Positions 37,619 through 48,148 of a stretch of 50,422 bases of DNA are shown here, one piece after another. The DNA is taken from contig JAYTQE010000046.1 in assembly GCA_043746875.1 (NCBI GenBank), positions 1 through 50,422 of the forward strand. The letters are read 5' to 3'. Below the pieces are notes generated by a model. The model saw only the letters and a program-made list of their open reading frames with translations, was not told the DNA's origin and did no database searches. The stretch is from Minisyncoccota bacterium. Lineage in GTDB: Bacteria; Patescibacteriota; Minisyncoccia; Phycocordibacterales; UBA9973. The translations under genes and the position numbers were made by a program. Every line of letters starts with the position of its first letter. Positions within the stretch are counted from its first letter, which is position 1.

Positions 37619-38353
37619 TTATAGCAAAGTTTTAAGTGTATAATCTTGAACTAAACTAATTTCTTCATCTTTTGAAAAAACCTTTTTGTATTTGGCACCT
37701 TTTGTTCCCTTCACACGCTTCTCACAAGCAGCCCAAGTTTTGTCAGTATGAACCTTGCCATCAACGAGTGAGATATATGAATATGCCGGAGTATTATTTT
37801 TATTTTTCTTTGGTTTCGTTTCTTTGAGTGTTGTCCCGATTTCTTCTAGAAATTTATCATAATCTTTTTGTGCTCCCTTAAAGTGGTTAGTTTTTTCACC
37901 AAGAGCTGCAGCGACTGCAAGCTCATCACAGCGTTCGTTGTAGAGATCTCCTGCATGACCTGAAACTTTAGTAATAGTTAATCTATCTTTGTACTCTTTT
38001 AATAAGACTAGTAATTCTTGCCACATAATTTTATTTTCAACTGGAGTTTTGTTCATAGTAATCCATCCTTTTTTTTCCCATCCCCAAACCCAAGAATTTG
38101 ATCCATTTACAACATAAGCACTATCAGAAAATACTGTTACAGAACCTTTATATTTACGAGATGAAGTATCAGAAAGTACCGATATAACCGCTTGAAGCTC
38201 CATTTGATTGTTTGTTGCTTTTTTTTTACTTCCAGTAATTTCCATAACAAAATCATCTACGAGAATAACCGCTCCCCACCCACCTAAGCCCGGATTACCT
38301 CGAGATGCTCCATCTGTATATATAACTAATCTTTTTATATTATTTTTTTTCAT
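37619..38353 (-). CDS. rnhA: Ribonuclease HI with C-terminal hybrid-binding-like domain
   Basis: RNase H catalytic contexts are YTDGASRGNPG, NNQMELQA, FSDSAYV, NERCDELA. The C-terminal ~50 aa (YSYISLVDGKVHTDKTWAACEKRVKGTKGAKYKKVFSKDEE) resemble the RNase H1 HBD / caulimovirus-VI-type fold signature. Confidence 0.8.
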   Translation of the reverse strand: MKKNNIKRLVIYTDGASRGNPGLGGWGAVILVDDFVMEITGSKKKATNNQMELQAVISVLSDTSSRKYKGSVTVFSDSAYVVNGSNSWVWGWEKKGWITMNKTPVENKIMWQELLVLLKEYKDRLTITKVSGHAGDLYNERCDELAVAAALGEKTNHFKGAQKDYDKFLEEIGTTLKETKPKKNKNNTPAYSYISLVDGKVHTDKTWAACEKRVKGTKGAKYKKVFSKDEEISLVQDYTLKTLL

Positions 38354-38355
38354 AA

Positions 38356-39726
38356 TTATTTAAACAATGACACAATTACTGCAATACTAGATATTGCCAT
38401 AATAAAAGTTACTATCCATCCTAAAATATTAACTAATCTAGTATTTTTATATTTATTCATAATTTTTTCATCACCACCAAATTTAACTATAAAATATAAA
38501 ACAACAGGCGATACAACACCATTTGCAACTGCAGAATAAATAAGTGCTTTAATTGGGTCTAGTCCTATAAAATTCAAACCTATACCAACAATAACAGCTA
38601 AAATAATCACACCATAAAATGAATAAGCATTTTTTAATTTTTTGTACAAACCAAATTTCCAACCCATACTCTCAGCTACAGCATAAGACGCTGACCCAGC
38701 AAGGACAGGTACAGCGAGCATTCCTGTTCCAACTATCCCTATAGCAAATAAGGTATAAGCAAAATCTCCAGCAAAGGGTTTCAGAGCAAGAGCAGCGTCT
38801 GCTGCAGAATTTATATTTGTAATTCCATTTGCAAAAAGAGTGGCAGCACAAGCTGCAATAATAAAGAACATAACAATATTTGAAAAAAACATTCCAGTCC
38901 AAACGTCTATTCGCATTTTGCGAATATCTTTTGGATGTGCTGAGTGCTGTCTTTGAGTTATAGTTTTATTACCTTTTAATATATCTTCTTCAACTTCTTG
39001 TGAAGTTTGCCAAAAGAAAAGATATGGCGAAATTGTTGTTCCTAATATTCCAGCAATTATAAGTATTTGTTCTTTAGAAAAAGTAATAGAAGGAATAACT
39101 GTATGTTTCAAAATTAAATTCCAATCAAAATCTATAAATAATGCTGATGCAATATATGAAAGTAGAACTAATGCTAAATATTTTAAAAATTTTGCATATC
39201 TAGCATATGTAGTAAAAACTTGAAGTAATATTGTAATAATACCAAAAAATATTACCAACCCAGCAAAACTAAGTGATGGAAAAATTAACTTAGCACCTTG
39301 AGCCATAGCTCCAAAATCTGCTCCTATATTAAATACATTAGCAGCAACAAGAAGAAATGTTACTGTATATAAGACTGGTTTAGAATAATGTTTACGTATA
39401 TTTGCAGCTAGACCTCGACCTGTTACCATTCCTATACGAGCACACATTTCTTGAACAATAGCCATTAAAGGAAATGTAAAAAGTGAAACCCAAAGAAGTT
39501 GGTAACCATATTTTGCTCCAGTTTGAGAATAAGTTGCAATACCTGAAGGATCATCATCTGCCGCTCCAGTAGTCAATCCAGGACCTAAATTGTGCCAATA
39601 TTCTTTTGCTTTTCCAAATGGTTTTTTACTTACAAGTTCGTGTTCAAATTTTTTGATCTCTTCTACTCCTTCTTCAAGCAATTTAGCAGGTCTGGCAATA
39701 ATTTTTTCAAATTGATCTTCTTTCAT
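38356..39726 (-). CDS. mntH: NRAMP-family divalent metal transporter
   Basis: GAADDDPSGIATYSQTGAKYGYQLLW signature region; about 11 TM segments. Confidence 0.8.
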   Translation of the reverse strand: MKEDQFEKIIARPAKLLEEGVEEIKKFEHELVSKKPFGKAKEYWHNLGPGLTTGAADDDPSGIATYSQTGAKYGYQLLWVSLFTFPLMAIVQEMCARIGMVTGRGLAANIRKHYSKPVLYTVTFLLVAANVFNIGADFGAMAQGAKLIFPSLSFAGLVIFFGIITILLQVFTTYARYAKFLKYLALVLLSYIASALFIDFDWNLILKHTVIPSITFSKEQILIIAGILGTTISPYLFFWQTSQEVEEDILKGNKTITQRQHSAHPKDIRKMRIDVWTGMFFSNIVMFFIIAACAATLFANGITNINSAADAALALKPFAGDFAYTLFAIGIVGTGMLAVPVLAGSASYAVAESMGWKFGLYKKLKNAYSFYGVIILAVIVGIGLNFIGLDPIKALIYSAVANGVVSPVVLYFIVKFGGDEKIMNKYKNTRLVNILGWIVTFIMAISSIAVIVSLFK

Positions 39727-39737
39727 ATAGAAATATA

Positions 39738-41378
39738 TTATAACACTTCCTTTATCCTAATTCTCACTCCACCTCTATATCCTGATTCAAACACTCCAGT
39801 AAAAGAAACAATACTGCCAATTGATAATTTACTTAAAAGATCCTTACTAGTAAAAAAATTAAATGCTATTACAGAATAACTCCCTTCTCGCATAATACAC
39901 TCTAGATGTTCTTTGTTTTTCCCAAACATTTTTATATTTTGAACTTCCACATTTTTAAACAAAAATATTGGTTCTAAATTCTCAACACCAAAAGGAGCAA
40001 ATTTCCTAATTACTTCTAAATTTTTTATTGTCACAGAACCTAATGATAAAATTATCGTTTTTTCTTCTAAAGATTCTTCTATATGTGAAACATTTGAAAT
40101 AGAACTATTAAGTGCATTTTCTAAAAAATGTATTTTTTCTTTAGTGATAGAAAACCCTCCTGCAGCTTTATGTCCTCCGGCATGTAACATAAAATCTTTT
40201 GGTAATGCTTGAAAAAGTAATGCAGCATGATGCCTACTAACCATACGACAAGATCCTTTTATAGAACCATCTCCTCCTTCTCCCCAAACAAAAAAACTTT
40301 TATTATAAAATTCTTGAAGTTTATTGGCTACCAAACCTAAGACTGCTGGTCTCCAATCTGGATTTCCCACAACAACAATTTCTGGGAGTTCTCTATTATC
40401 TAAATTTATGTGTGCGGATTTTACAATACGAGCTACTAATAATTTTCTTTCATTGTTTATTTGATCTAATTTTTTAACAATAGTTAATGCTACAGTTTCG
40501 TCATTCGTAGAAAGAAGTTCAAATGCAAGCATTGGAGTATCCATACGTGATGCGGCATTAAGCCTTGGAGCAAGAGTAAAGGTTAAATCATTTTCAGTGA
40601 GATAGTTTAAATTTATATTATTTTTTAAAAACAAAGTTTTAAGACCCAAACGTTTAGTTTGATTCATTACAACAAGTCCATATTTAGCCAACATTCTATT
40701 TTCTCCAACAAGAGGAACCATATCTGCCAATGTTGCAAATCCCACCAAATCTAATAACCATTTTTCCCAACCTATTTGTATATCAAATTCACCTCTGTAT
40801 TTTTCTAAAAATGCAGAAATAAAATAAAATGCCACACCTGCACCACATGGGTCTTGGTTTGGATATGTACCATTTCTTGGATGTATAACACAATACGCTT
40901 CTGGAAAACCAGTATTAAGTGGTTCGTGGTGGTCAGTTAAAATAACATCAATTCCTTTTTCTTGAGCATTTTTAACGTGATCAATAGCTGTAATTCCTAA
41001 GTCTACCGTAATCATCAACGATACTCCTTTTTTAAATAACTCATCTATTCCTCTTTGACTCAGACCATAACCTTCATCATGTCTGTCTGGAATATAAATA
41101 TGAATATTTTCAATATTACCAATCTTTTTAAATAAATCTACCAATATAACTACAGCAGGAATTCCATCACAATCATAATCACCATATATCCCTATATTTT
41201 CATTATTTTTTATAGCTCTATAAAGTCTTCCAACAGCTTTTTCCATATCTTTAAATAAAAAGAAGTCTCCAAAATGGTATTCTGGAGAAACAAAAGAGTC
41301 TATATTTTTTTCTGTAAGTCCAAAATACTCTACAAGAATTTCATTGAGTTCTGAGGGTGAGAATCTGGTATTTTGCAT
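39738..41378 (-). CDS. recJ: Single-stranded-DNA-specific exonuclease RecJ
   Basis: DHH-family motifs IGIYGDYDCDG, TVDLG, LTDHH, and DHHA1 GGHKAAGG. Confidence 0.85.
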   Translation of the reverse strand: MQNTRFSPSELNEILVEYFGLTEKNIDSFVSPEYHFGDFFLFKDMEKAVGRLYRAIKNNENIGIYGDYDCDGIPAVVILVDLFKKIGNIENIHIYIPDRHDEGYGLSQRGIDELFKKGVSLMITVDLGITAIDHVKNAQEKGIDVILTDHHEPLNTGFPEAYCVIHPRNGTYPNQDPCGAGVAFYFISAFLEKYRGEFDIQIGWEKWLLDLVGFATLADMVPLVGENRMLAKYGLVVMNQTKRLGLKTLFLKNNINLNYLTENDLTFTLAPRLNAASRMDTPMLAFELLSTNDETVALTIVKKLDQINNERKLLVARIVKSAHINLDNRELPEIVVVGNPDWRPAVLGLVANKLQEFYNKSFFVWGEGGDGSIKGSCRMVSRHHAALLFQALPKDFMLHAGGHKAAGGFSITKEKIHFLENALNSSISNVSHIEESLEEKTIILSLGSVTIKNLEVIRKFAPFGVENLEPIFLFKNVEVQNIKMFGKNKEHLECIMREGSYSVIAFNFFTSKDLLSKLSIGSIVSFTGVFESGYRGGVRIRIKEVL

Positions 41379-41407
41379 AGAAGTGATTCTACCATATACT
41401 AAAGATT

Positions 41408-41803
41408 ATGAATGATACAGTTTTTGAAAAAATTATAAAAGGAGAAATTCCTTGTACAAAAATATACGAAGATGATGATTTTTTTTCAATACTTGATATT
41501 AATCCTGTAAGTAAAGGACACACTTTAATTTTAACAAAAAAATCTTACCCTTGGATTCAAGATGTTCCAGACGAAATAATAGGTAAAATTTTTATAAAAA
41601 CAAAATATATAATTTCTTCACTTAAAAAAGCTACCTACTGTGATTACGTCAAAGTTTTAGTAGAAGGAATTCAAGTTCCTCATTTTCACATACACTTAAT
41701 TCCAAGTAATTATGATCACCCTAATGCAAAATGGGATCATGCAATATATGAAGATGGAGAAAAAGAAATTTTTGCAGAAAAGATAAAAAGTTTTTTACTT
41801 TAG
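41408..41803 (+). CDS. HIT-family (histidine triad) protein
   Basis: HFHIHLIP triad; N-terminal FEKIIKGEIP. Confidence 0.85.
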   Translation: MNDTVFEKIIKGEIPCTKIYEDDDFFSILDINPVSKGHTLILTKKSYPWIQDVPDEIIGKIFIKTKYIISSLKKATYCDYVKVLVEGIQVPHFHIHLIPSNYDHPNAKWDHAIYEDGEKEIFAEKIKSFLL

Positions 41804-42922
41804 AGCATCTATACCGGGTAATTTTCCTTTTGCTAGATAATCAAGTGTTGAACCTCCACCACTAGAAATAAAAACTTTTTTATTGTTATAATCTTTAAAG
41901 ATTTTTTCAATAATAACTCCAGTATCTCCTCCACCAATTATAGCTTTCACATTGAACTCTTTAATAGCTTTTGCTATTCCAATAGTTCCAGAAACAAAGC
42001 CTTTTTCATACCATCCTGATGGTCCATTCCAAACTATAATTTTGGATTTTTTAATTTTATCTTTTATTAAATTTACACTAAGTGGACCTATGTCAGAGAT
42101 TATGTCATTTTTTTGTATTTCAGCAGGAGATACTATTATTTTTTTCTCACCTCTAAGCACGATGACATCTATTGGTAGTAATAATTTATTACTTTTCAAT
42201 AATGGTTTTATTTGTTTATCAAAACCTGTTTCAACAACAGAGTCTCCTACTTCAAAATTCAATAAATGATAAAAATTATTTAATATTGCCCCAACGATAA
42301 TAACATTATCAGCTGTCTCATTAAAACGTTTTAGTAATGGAATCTTTGTCCCAAACTTTGCTCCTCCTAAAATAAAAACAAATGGGTTTTTTTTATTATT
42401 AAAAACACTGTTTAAATTTTTTATTTCAGTAATTAATTGTTCTCCTGCAAATGAGGGTAAATATCTAGGAATTCCCACTATAGAAGCGTGTTTTCTATGT
42501 GAAACAGAAAAAGCATCATTTACATAAAATTCTCCTAGTGAAGATAGTAATTTAGCAAAAGCTTTGTCATTTATTTCTTCTTCTTTATAGCGACGAATAT
42601 TTTCAATTAGAATTAATGTTCCTTTTGGTACTTTATCTAAAACAGAAATAAAATCATTATCATAAATATCTTTAGTAATAAAGACTACTTTATATTTTTT
42701 TAATAAATATTTTGCGATTGGTAATAAACTTTCTTTACCTTCTCCCAAATGAGCTATCAAAACTGGTATTCCTCCTTTTTTTAAAATTAAATTTAATGTT
42801 TTAAAGCTAACATCAATTCTTTTATGATCTAAAATTTTTGTTCCTTTAATAGGAACATTATAATCAACTCTTACAATTACTCTATTATTTTTTAATTTTG
42901 GAAGATCTTTTAATGTTTTCAT
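41795..42922 (-). CDS. pgk: Phosphoglycerate kinase
   Basis: RVDYNVP, ILGGAKFGTKI, GGGDTG. Confidence 0.85.
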   Translation of the reverse strand: MKTLKDLPKLKNNRVIVRVDYNVPIKGTKILDHKRIDVSFKTLNLILKKGGIPVLIAHLGEGKESLLPIAKYLLKKYKVVFITKDIYDNDFISVLDKVPKGTLILIENIRRYKEEEINDKAFAKLLSSLGEFYVNDAFSVSHRKHASIVGIPRYLPSFAGEQLITEIKNLNSVFNNKKNPFVFILGGAKFGTKIPLLKRFNETADNVIIVGAILNNFYHLLNFEVGDSVVETGFDKQIKPLLKSNKLLLPIDVIVLRGEKKIIVSPAEIQKNDIISDIGPLSVNLIKDKIKKSKIIVWNGPSGWYEKGFVSGTIGIAKAIKEFNVKAIIGGGDTGVIIEKIFKDYNNKKVFISSGGGSTLDYLAKGKLPGIDALK

Positions 42923-43677
42923 TATATAGATACAATATTAGCTGTTAATTTTTCAAATTTTTTAATATCTAGACTTGCTCTACCTACTAAAAATCCTTGT
43001 ATATTACCTTCCTTCACAAAATTAATTGCATTAATCTCATCAACTGATCCTCCATACAAAATATTTACAAGGGCTGCACTTTTTTCTCCATGAATATCAG
43101 TAATAATTTTACGAATAAAAATTACCATTTCATTACACTCTTCTGGATTTGCTTGGCGAATAGCATTTTTACCTATCGCCCAAACAGGCTCATATGCGAT
43201 AATAAAATATTTCAACATACTTTTAGGTATATCTTTCAATATTGATTCGATTTGATCCTTAACTGTACTTAAGTACCACCCATGAGAATCTCTTTCTGTT
43301 TCTCCTACACATAAAATTGAAATTATTTTTTTCTCCAACAATCTCTTAGATTGTTCTTTTATAATTTCATTTGTATCACCTCTTGATCTTGATTCTGAAT
43401 GACCTATTATACAATGTTCTACTCCGTAATCCTTCAACATATTAGCTGAAATCAAACCAGTTTGAGCAATCTCTGTAATACTAGATACCCATTGGGCTCC
43501 CAATTTGGCTGTTTTTGTAAATTTAGAAACATTACTTATATGAATACTAGGAGAACATATAATCAAAGAGATATTTTTTTTATATTTTTTTGCTAAAAGA
43601 TTAGATTTCTTAGCAAGGTCTATAGCTTGGACTTTTTTTTCTGGAGCCATTTTCCAGTTTGCAATTAGTATTTTCAT
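42922..43677 (-). CDS. tpiA: Triosephosphate isomerase
   Basis: ANWKM, IGHSESR, AYEPVWAIG. Confidence 0.9.
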   Translation of the reverse strand: MKILIANWKMAPEKKVQAIDLAKKSNLLAKKYKKNISLIICSPSIHISNVSKFTKTAKLGAQWVSSITEIAQTGLISANMLKDYGVEHCIIGHSESRSRGDTNEIIKEQSKRLLEKKIISILCVGETERDSHGWYLSTVKDQIESILKDIPKSMLKYFIIAYEPVWAIGKNAIRQANPEECNEMVIFIRKIITDIHGEKSAALVNILYGGSVDEINAINFVKEGNIQGFLVGRASLDIKKFEKLTANIVSI

Positions 43678-43712
43678 AATTAATTATAAAATATTATAGC
43701 ATACTAAAAATA

Positions 43713-45443
43713 CTACTGTTCAAGCCAAGAAGATGAAGACCAAGAACCTGATGGTCCGCTAGAAAAGTTTATATTAGCAAGTCCAGAATCATAATTAATA
43801 ACAGCATTATTGTTAAGATTTATTTTAAAACCATTAACCGACTTTGCTCCAGCATTATTAGAGACGTTTAATGTTCCATTTGCAGCATACAAAATTACAG
43901 CTCCAGCATTATTAGAAAGTGTTATTGCAGATGTTGAACTTGATGTAGAAAGTACCATTACATAACTTCCAGAATTTCCTGATCCTGAGAAATTAGCATT
44001 ATTACCAACATTCACTGTTCCATCGACAATTATTACTCCACTTGATCCTCCATAGGAAGATGCAAGTCTTACTGTTGCATTGTTACTTATATCTACATTT
44101 CCGGTAACCCAAAGAGTTCCACTGACGATAAGAATCGCCCCATTTGTAACACTTAAATTACCAGAAATTTTTTTGGGACCTAATGTTGAAGTTCCACTTG
44201 CATTATAATTTCCACTATATGTACCACCAGAAAGTGCTTCATCTTTCCAATCATCAATATTTATATCAGAAATAGGCATATCTATAGACGTAGGATCAGC
44301 TAAGCTAGTATTACAAGACTTATTATTTCCAGTGCCACTTTGACAATAATTAGTACCTTGTATATTTGAATTGTTCACAGTCCTTGCATAGGTATTACCC
44401 ACACCATTTGTCCCTACTGTAATACCACTAATAAGACCTGTTTCTCCACCTAAATAAACCTTAAAAAAAATATCAAGACCTGTTGGAGATGTATTATTCC
44501 ATGTCCCACTATATTGACCAATTTTTGCTTGACCATTTGTATAATTTGAATTCCCTCCTATTTGATAATATTTTGATGAAGATGTCGCTCCATCAAGAAC
44601 GATCCAATAAGTTATACCTGTTGATAATTGTATACTAGTAGATAGCGAAATATCAATCCATCCATAATTTGTAGAAATAGATGATGCTGACAATGTCCCT
44701 GTTGCAAGTGTATTTGTTGATGGGCTACCATTTGAATCTGTAACCAATCTTAGTGTTATATTTGCTGGTGTGCTAACTTTTTTTATATAAACTTGAATCT
44801 TATTCAAAATCTCTGTTGTACTTACTTGAAAACTTTGAGATATGTCTTGAGTGCCATTAGTATTACCAAAAGTTATATTATTTGCTGGTGTACCAGAACC
44901 ATTTTGTTGGTCAGCATAAAGAGCTGCAGAATTTGCTGAAGTAGCGCTTCCTGTAATAGATCCTGATCCTGTTATTGAACCATTTGAATAAACACTTCCT
45001 GAAACACTAGAATTATTAGCCATTGATATACCACCTTGACCACTTTGAATACCATAAACAAATGAAGCTCCAACTCCTTGAACAACAATAGTATTTATTG
45101 TTCTATTCCTGCTATTACTATCACCTATAGTATTGATTTGTTTTTTTCCTCCAACAATATCTGTAATAGTTGTTGTTGATTGATTATTACCCAAGATTAA
45201 AGTTTCAGTAGGGGAAACCTGTCGAGCTGTTCTTAGTCTATAAAATACATCTTCTACCCCAGATTCAGCCATGGCATAGCTACGCTTAGATTCAATAGAA
45301 TTTACAGCTACTTTATTTGCTTTTATAACAGGGACAACAAGGCCAATAGTCACTGAAAGTGATATTGCGACAAATAAAATCATAACTACCAAAAGTACCC
45401 CTCCTTTTTGTTTATTATTTTTTAAAAAAAATTTTTTAATCAT
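43713..45443 (-). CDS. Large PilX-like pilus-associated protein (576 aa)
   Basis: N-terminus KGGVLLVVMILFVAISL followed by SYAMAESGVE resembles the PilX N-terminal domain. The rest is Asn/Ser/Thr/Gly-rich. 4-nt ATGA overlap with the upstream pseudopilin gene. Confidence 0.55.
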   Translation of the reverse strand: MIKKFFLKNNKQKGGVLLVVMILFVAISLSVTIGLVVPVIKANKVAVNSIESKRSYAMAESGVEDVFYRLRTARQVSPTETLILGNNQSTTTITDIVGGKKQINTIGDSNSRNRTINTIVVQGVGASFVYGIQSGQGGISMANNSSVSGSVYSNGSITGSGSITGSATSANSAALYADQQNGSGTPANNITFGNTNGTQDISQSFQVSTTEILNKIQVYIKKVSTPANITLRLVTDSNGSPSTNTLATGTLSASSISTNYGWIDISLSTSIQLSTGITYWIVLDGATSSSKYYQIGGNSNYTNGQAKIGQYSGTWNNTSPTGLDIFFKVYLGGETGLISGITVGTNGVGNTYARTVNNSNIQGTNYCQSGTGNNKSCNTSLADPTSIDMPISDINIDDWKDEALSGGTYSGNYNASGTSTLGPKKISGNLSVTNGAILIVSGTLWVTGNVDISNNATVRLASSYGGSSGVIIVDGTVNVGNNANFSGSGNSGSYVMVLSTSSSTSAITLSNNAGAVILYAANGTLNVSNNAGAKSVNGFKINLNNNAVINYDSGLANINFSSGPSGSWSSSSWLEQ

Positions 45444-45940
45444 TTATTTCTTAATAAAATTGTTGAATAAAATGGAGCACTAACTATATAACCATTTGCA
45501 GTAGTTAGTGTCATTTCTACTTTTATTCCAAGACTATTTGCTGTTGTAATATTTCTAAATATCAAAGAGGTAACTACAACCTCTGAGGTAGACAAATCTC
45601 CAATATTCCCATTATCATTTATTTGTAATACTCCATTTGTAATACTAAATGATGAACTTTTAGTACCTCCGATAGAGTCCACTCCTGATAAAGAAATTGA
45701 TCCAGGATTTGTATTATATGTCGCCGAGACAATAGTATTAGAGCTTCTAATTTCTCTTGCAATTCTATCCATTATCAAGTCTCCATTACTTTGTAATCTT
45801 CTGTAGCCTTGAGCTGTTGAATAAGTTTTAGTAATAGTTAATAAAGAATTTATAATTACTACTACTATAATTGAAAAAAGAGCAATATAAATTACAAGCT
45901 CTAGAATTGAATAACCTTTTTGTAATTTATTTATTTTCAT
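45440..45940 (-). CDS. Prepilin-type N-terminal-cleavage pseudopilin
   Basis: LQKG|YSILELVIYIALFSII class III signal. Confidence 0.7.
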   Translation of the reverse strand: MKINKLQKGYSILELVIYIALFSIIVVVIINSLLTITKTYSTAQGYRRLQSNGDLIMDRIAREIRSSNTIVSATYNTNPGSISLSGVDSIGGTKSSSFSITNGVLQINDNGNIGDLSTSEVVVTSLIFRNITTANSLGIKVEMTLTTANGYIVSAPFYSTILLRNK

Positions 45941-45942
45941 AT

Positions 45943-46416
45943 TTAACTTCTTATGTCAGAAATATAAAATTCTATATTTTTACTTTGATTACCTGATGGT
46001 GTATTCCATGTAATTGCTACTGAAAACTTCTTAGTTCCCGTGTCATTTGTTCCACCGGAAAGTGTTATATCGTCACTGCTATCACGAGATACTGTATCTA
46101 TTGTAACTATACGTGTAAATAGTCCTATTGTACTTGGTGTTGTAGAAAGACTCCAGTTAGAACCATTCCATGATAAATAATAATTTGTTCCTACAGACAA
46201 TGCTGTGATATTAGTCCAAACTCCATCTCTAATAGACTTAATAGATTCGACTCCTTCTTCAAGAAGATATCCTGCTTGAGTAAATTCAAGAGATCTTTGT
46301 GATGCCTCTACACTATTTTGAATTAAACCTAAAATACTTACTAATACAACAGTAATAATAGCTGTTGTGACAACAACTTCAACTAGAAAAAAACCTTTTT
46401 GATTTAAAAATTTCAT
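45943..46416 (-). CDS. Prepilin-type pseudopilin
   Basis: NQKG|FFLVEVVVTTAII class III signal. Confidence 0.7.
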   Translation of the reverse strand: MKFLNQKGFFLVEVVVTTAIITVVLVSILGLIQNSVEASQRSLEFTQAGYLLEEGVESIKSIRDGVWTNITALSVGTNYYLSWNGSNWSLSTTPSTIGLFTRIVTIDTVSRDSSDDITLSGGTNDTGTKKFSVAITWNTPSGNQSKNIEFYISDIRS

Positions 46417-46893
46417 TTAATTTCTTTGAATAGTACCAGTAGATGCTACTGTAATATTTCTACTAGTGCTACCAGGCAAAGCTATAGTAATAGTACCATA
46501 TTGACTCGTTGAACCCTTGAGTCTATCAAATTTAATATCTGATCCGCCTCCATTTAAAGATAATGCTGTCATAGAAACAGGGCTTTCATAAAAAAAATTT
46601 TCATTTGATATCGTAGATGAACTATATGTTCCTCCTGTAAAAATAACTACTTTATCATTTTGTATATGTACTCCATATTGATTATTATTTACAGATGCAA
46701 GAGTTTTAGCCCTAGCATCATTTAGAGTAGAAATAATCATATTTGTACTATTTTCTAATGCTTGTTTATTTTTAAAATTTAAAATAGAAACACTCATTAT
46801 GCTTGTAAGAATAACAATTACACCTATTACAATTAATATTTCAACTAAAGTGAATCCTTGTCTAAAATTATTTTTTAATTTAAAAAAAATCAT
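46417..46893 (-). CDS. Prepilin-type pilin/pseudopilin
   Basis: FRQG|FTLVEILIVIGVIVIL class III signal. Confidence 0.75.
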   Translation of the reverse strand: MIFFKLKNNFRQGFTLVEILIVIGVIVILTSIMSVSILNFKNKQALENSTNMIISTLNDARAKTLASVNNNQYGVHIQNDKVVIFTGGTYSSSTISNENFFYESPVSMTALSLNGGGSDIKFDRLKGSTSQYGTITIALPGSTSRNITVASTGTIQRN

Positions 46894-46894
46894 A

Positions 46895-48103
46895 TTATTT
46901 TATTGAATCCATTATCGAATACATAGGAGAAAGCATTGATACAGCAAAAAATCCAACCGCTCCTCCAATAAAAATCATTAATACTGGCTCTATTATAGTA
47001 GATAGATCTTTAGTTTTTGCATCAACTTCTCCTTCATAAAATATAGCGATATCAAGTAACATATCAGCAGATTTTCCAGTTTCTTCTCCTACTTCCATCA
47101 TTTCTCCAACCATAATAGGGTAAAGTTTAGTATTTGCTTTAAAAACTTTTGACATTGGTTCTCCTTTTTGAATTATATTTTCTACTTCACCTAAGACTTT
47201 TTTATAATAAACATTTTGTAGTACTTCTTTAGTAATTGAAATTGCTTTACTGATATTGACACCTGACGTAATAAGAGAAGAAAGAGTCCGAGCAGTTCTA
47301 GCGGCATTAACCTCTTTTATTAAAGTTCCGATAACCGGAAGTCTTATTATTATGTAATCAATGGCTCTTTTTGTTCTTGGAAGCTTAAACAACATATAAA
47401 TTATAAAAACAAAAGCTGCTATACCTAAAATCACTAAAAATATATGATTTGCTAATAAATCACTTATCCCAACAACAAATCGTGTTGATGCAGGAAGTTC
47501 TACTCCTAAATCTTTAAATGTTTTTGTAAGAGTTGGAACAACGAAAATAAACATTAATATTCCGATAATAAATATAGCCACTAGAATAATCATTGGATAC
47601 ATCATTGCGCTTTTTATTTTTCTATTTAAAGCGTAGCTTTTTTCTAAATTAGTTCCTATTTCAAGAAGAGTTGCTGGTAAACTTCCTGATTCTTCCCCAG
47701 CTCTAACCATAGATATAAAAAGTGGTGAAAAAATATTTGGAAATTTTTCCAAACCATCAGAAAAAGTACCACCTTTATCAATATTTTCAATTAAAAAATC
47801 TATAACTTCTTTAAAGAATTTATTTTCTGTTTGTTTAGTTAATACATCAAGAGCTCTTGTTAAAGGTAATCCTGCGCGAAGCATTCCTGCCAAATTTTTT
47901 GTAAAAACAATTTTTTCACTTAATTTAACTCCTTTAAAAAAAGAAAAATTAAATGATTCAAAAAATGTTAAGCTTTTTTCTTTAATAAGAAATGGTGTTA
48001 TTCCACTATCTCTTAAATGAATTATTGCTTCATCTTTATTTTTACCTTCTATTGTTCCAGATACTGGGCCTGAATTATTGCGACCTTTATATTCAAATTT
48101 CAT
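46895..48103 (-). CDS. pilC: Type IV pilus / T2SS platform protein (PilC/GspF family)
   Basis: 402 aa with duplicated T2SS-F domains and three TM segments; adjacent to the pilB-type ATPase. Confidence 0.85.
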   Translation of the reverse strand: MKFEYKGRNNSGPVSGTIEGKNKDEAIIHLRDSGITPFLIKEKSLTFFESFNFSFFKGVKLSEKIVFTKNLAGMLRAGLPLTRALDVLTKQTENKFFKEVIDFLIENIDKGGTFSDGLEKFPNIFSPLFISMVRAGEESGSLPATLLEIGTNLEKSYALNRKIKSAMMYPMIILVAIFIIGILMFIFVVPTLTKTFKDLGVELPASTRFVVGISDLLANHIFLVILGIAAFVFIIYMLFKLPRTKRAIDYIIIRLPVIGTLIKEVNAARTARTLSSLITSGVNISKAISITKEVLQNVYYKKVLGEVENIIQKGEPMSKVFKANTKLYPIMVGEMMEVGEETGKSADMLLDIAIFYEGEVDAKTKDLSTIIEPVLMIFIGGAVGFFAVSMLSPMYSIMDSIK

Positions 48104-48148
48104 ATTAATATAATTAAAATACTATTTTAATTATACACTTAATTAAAA

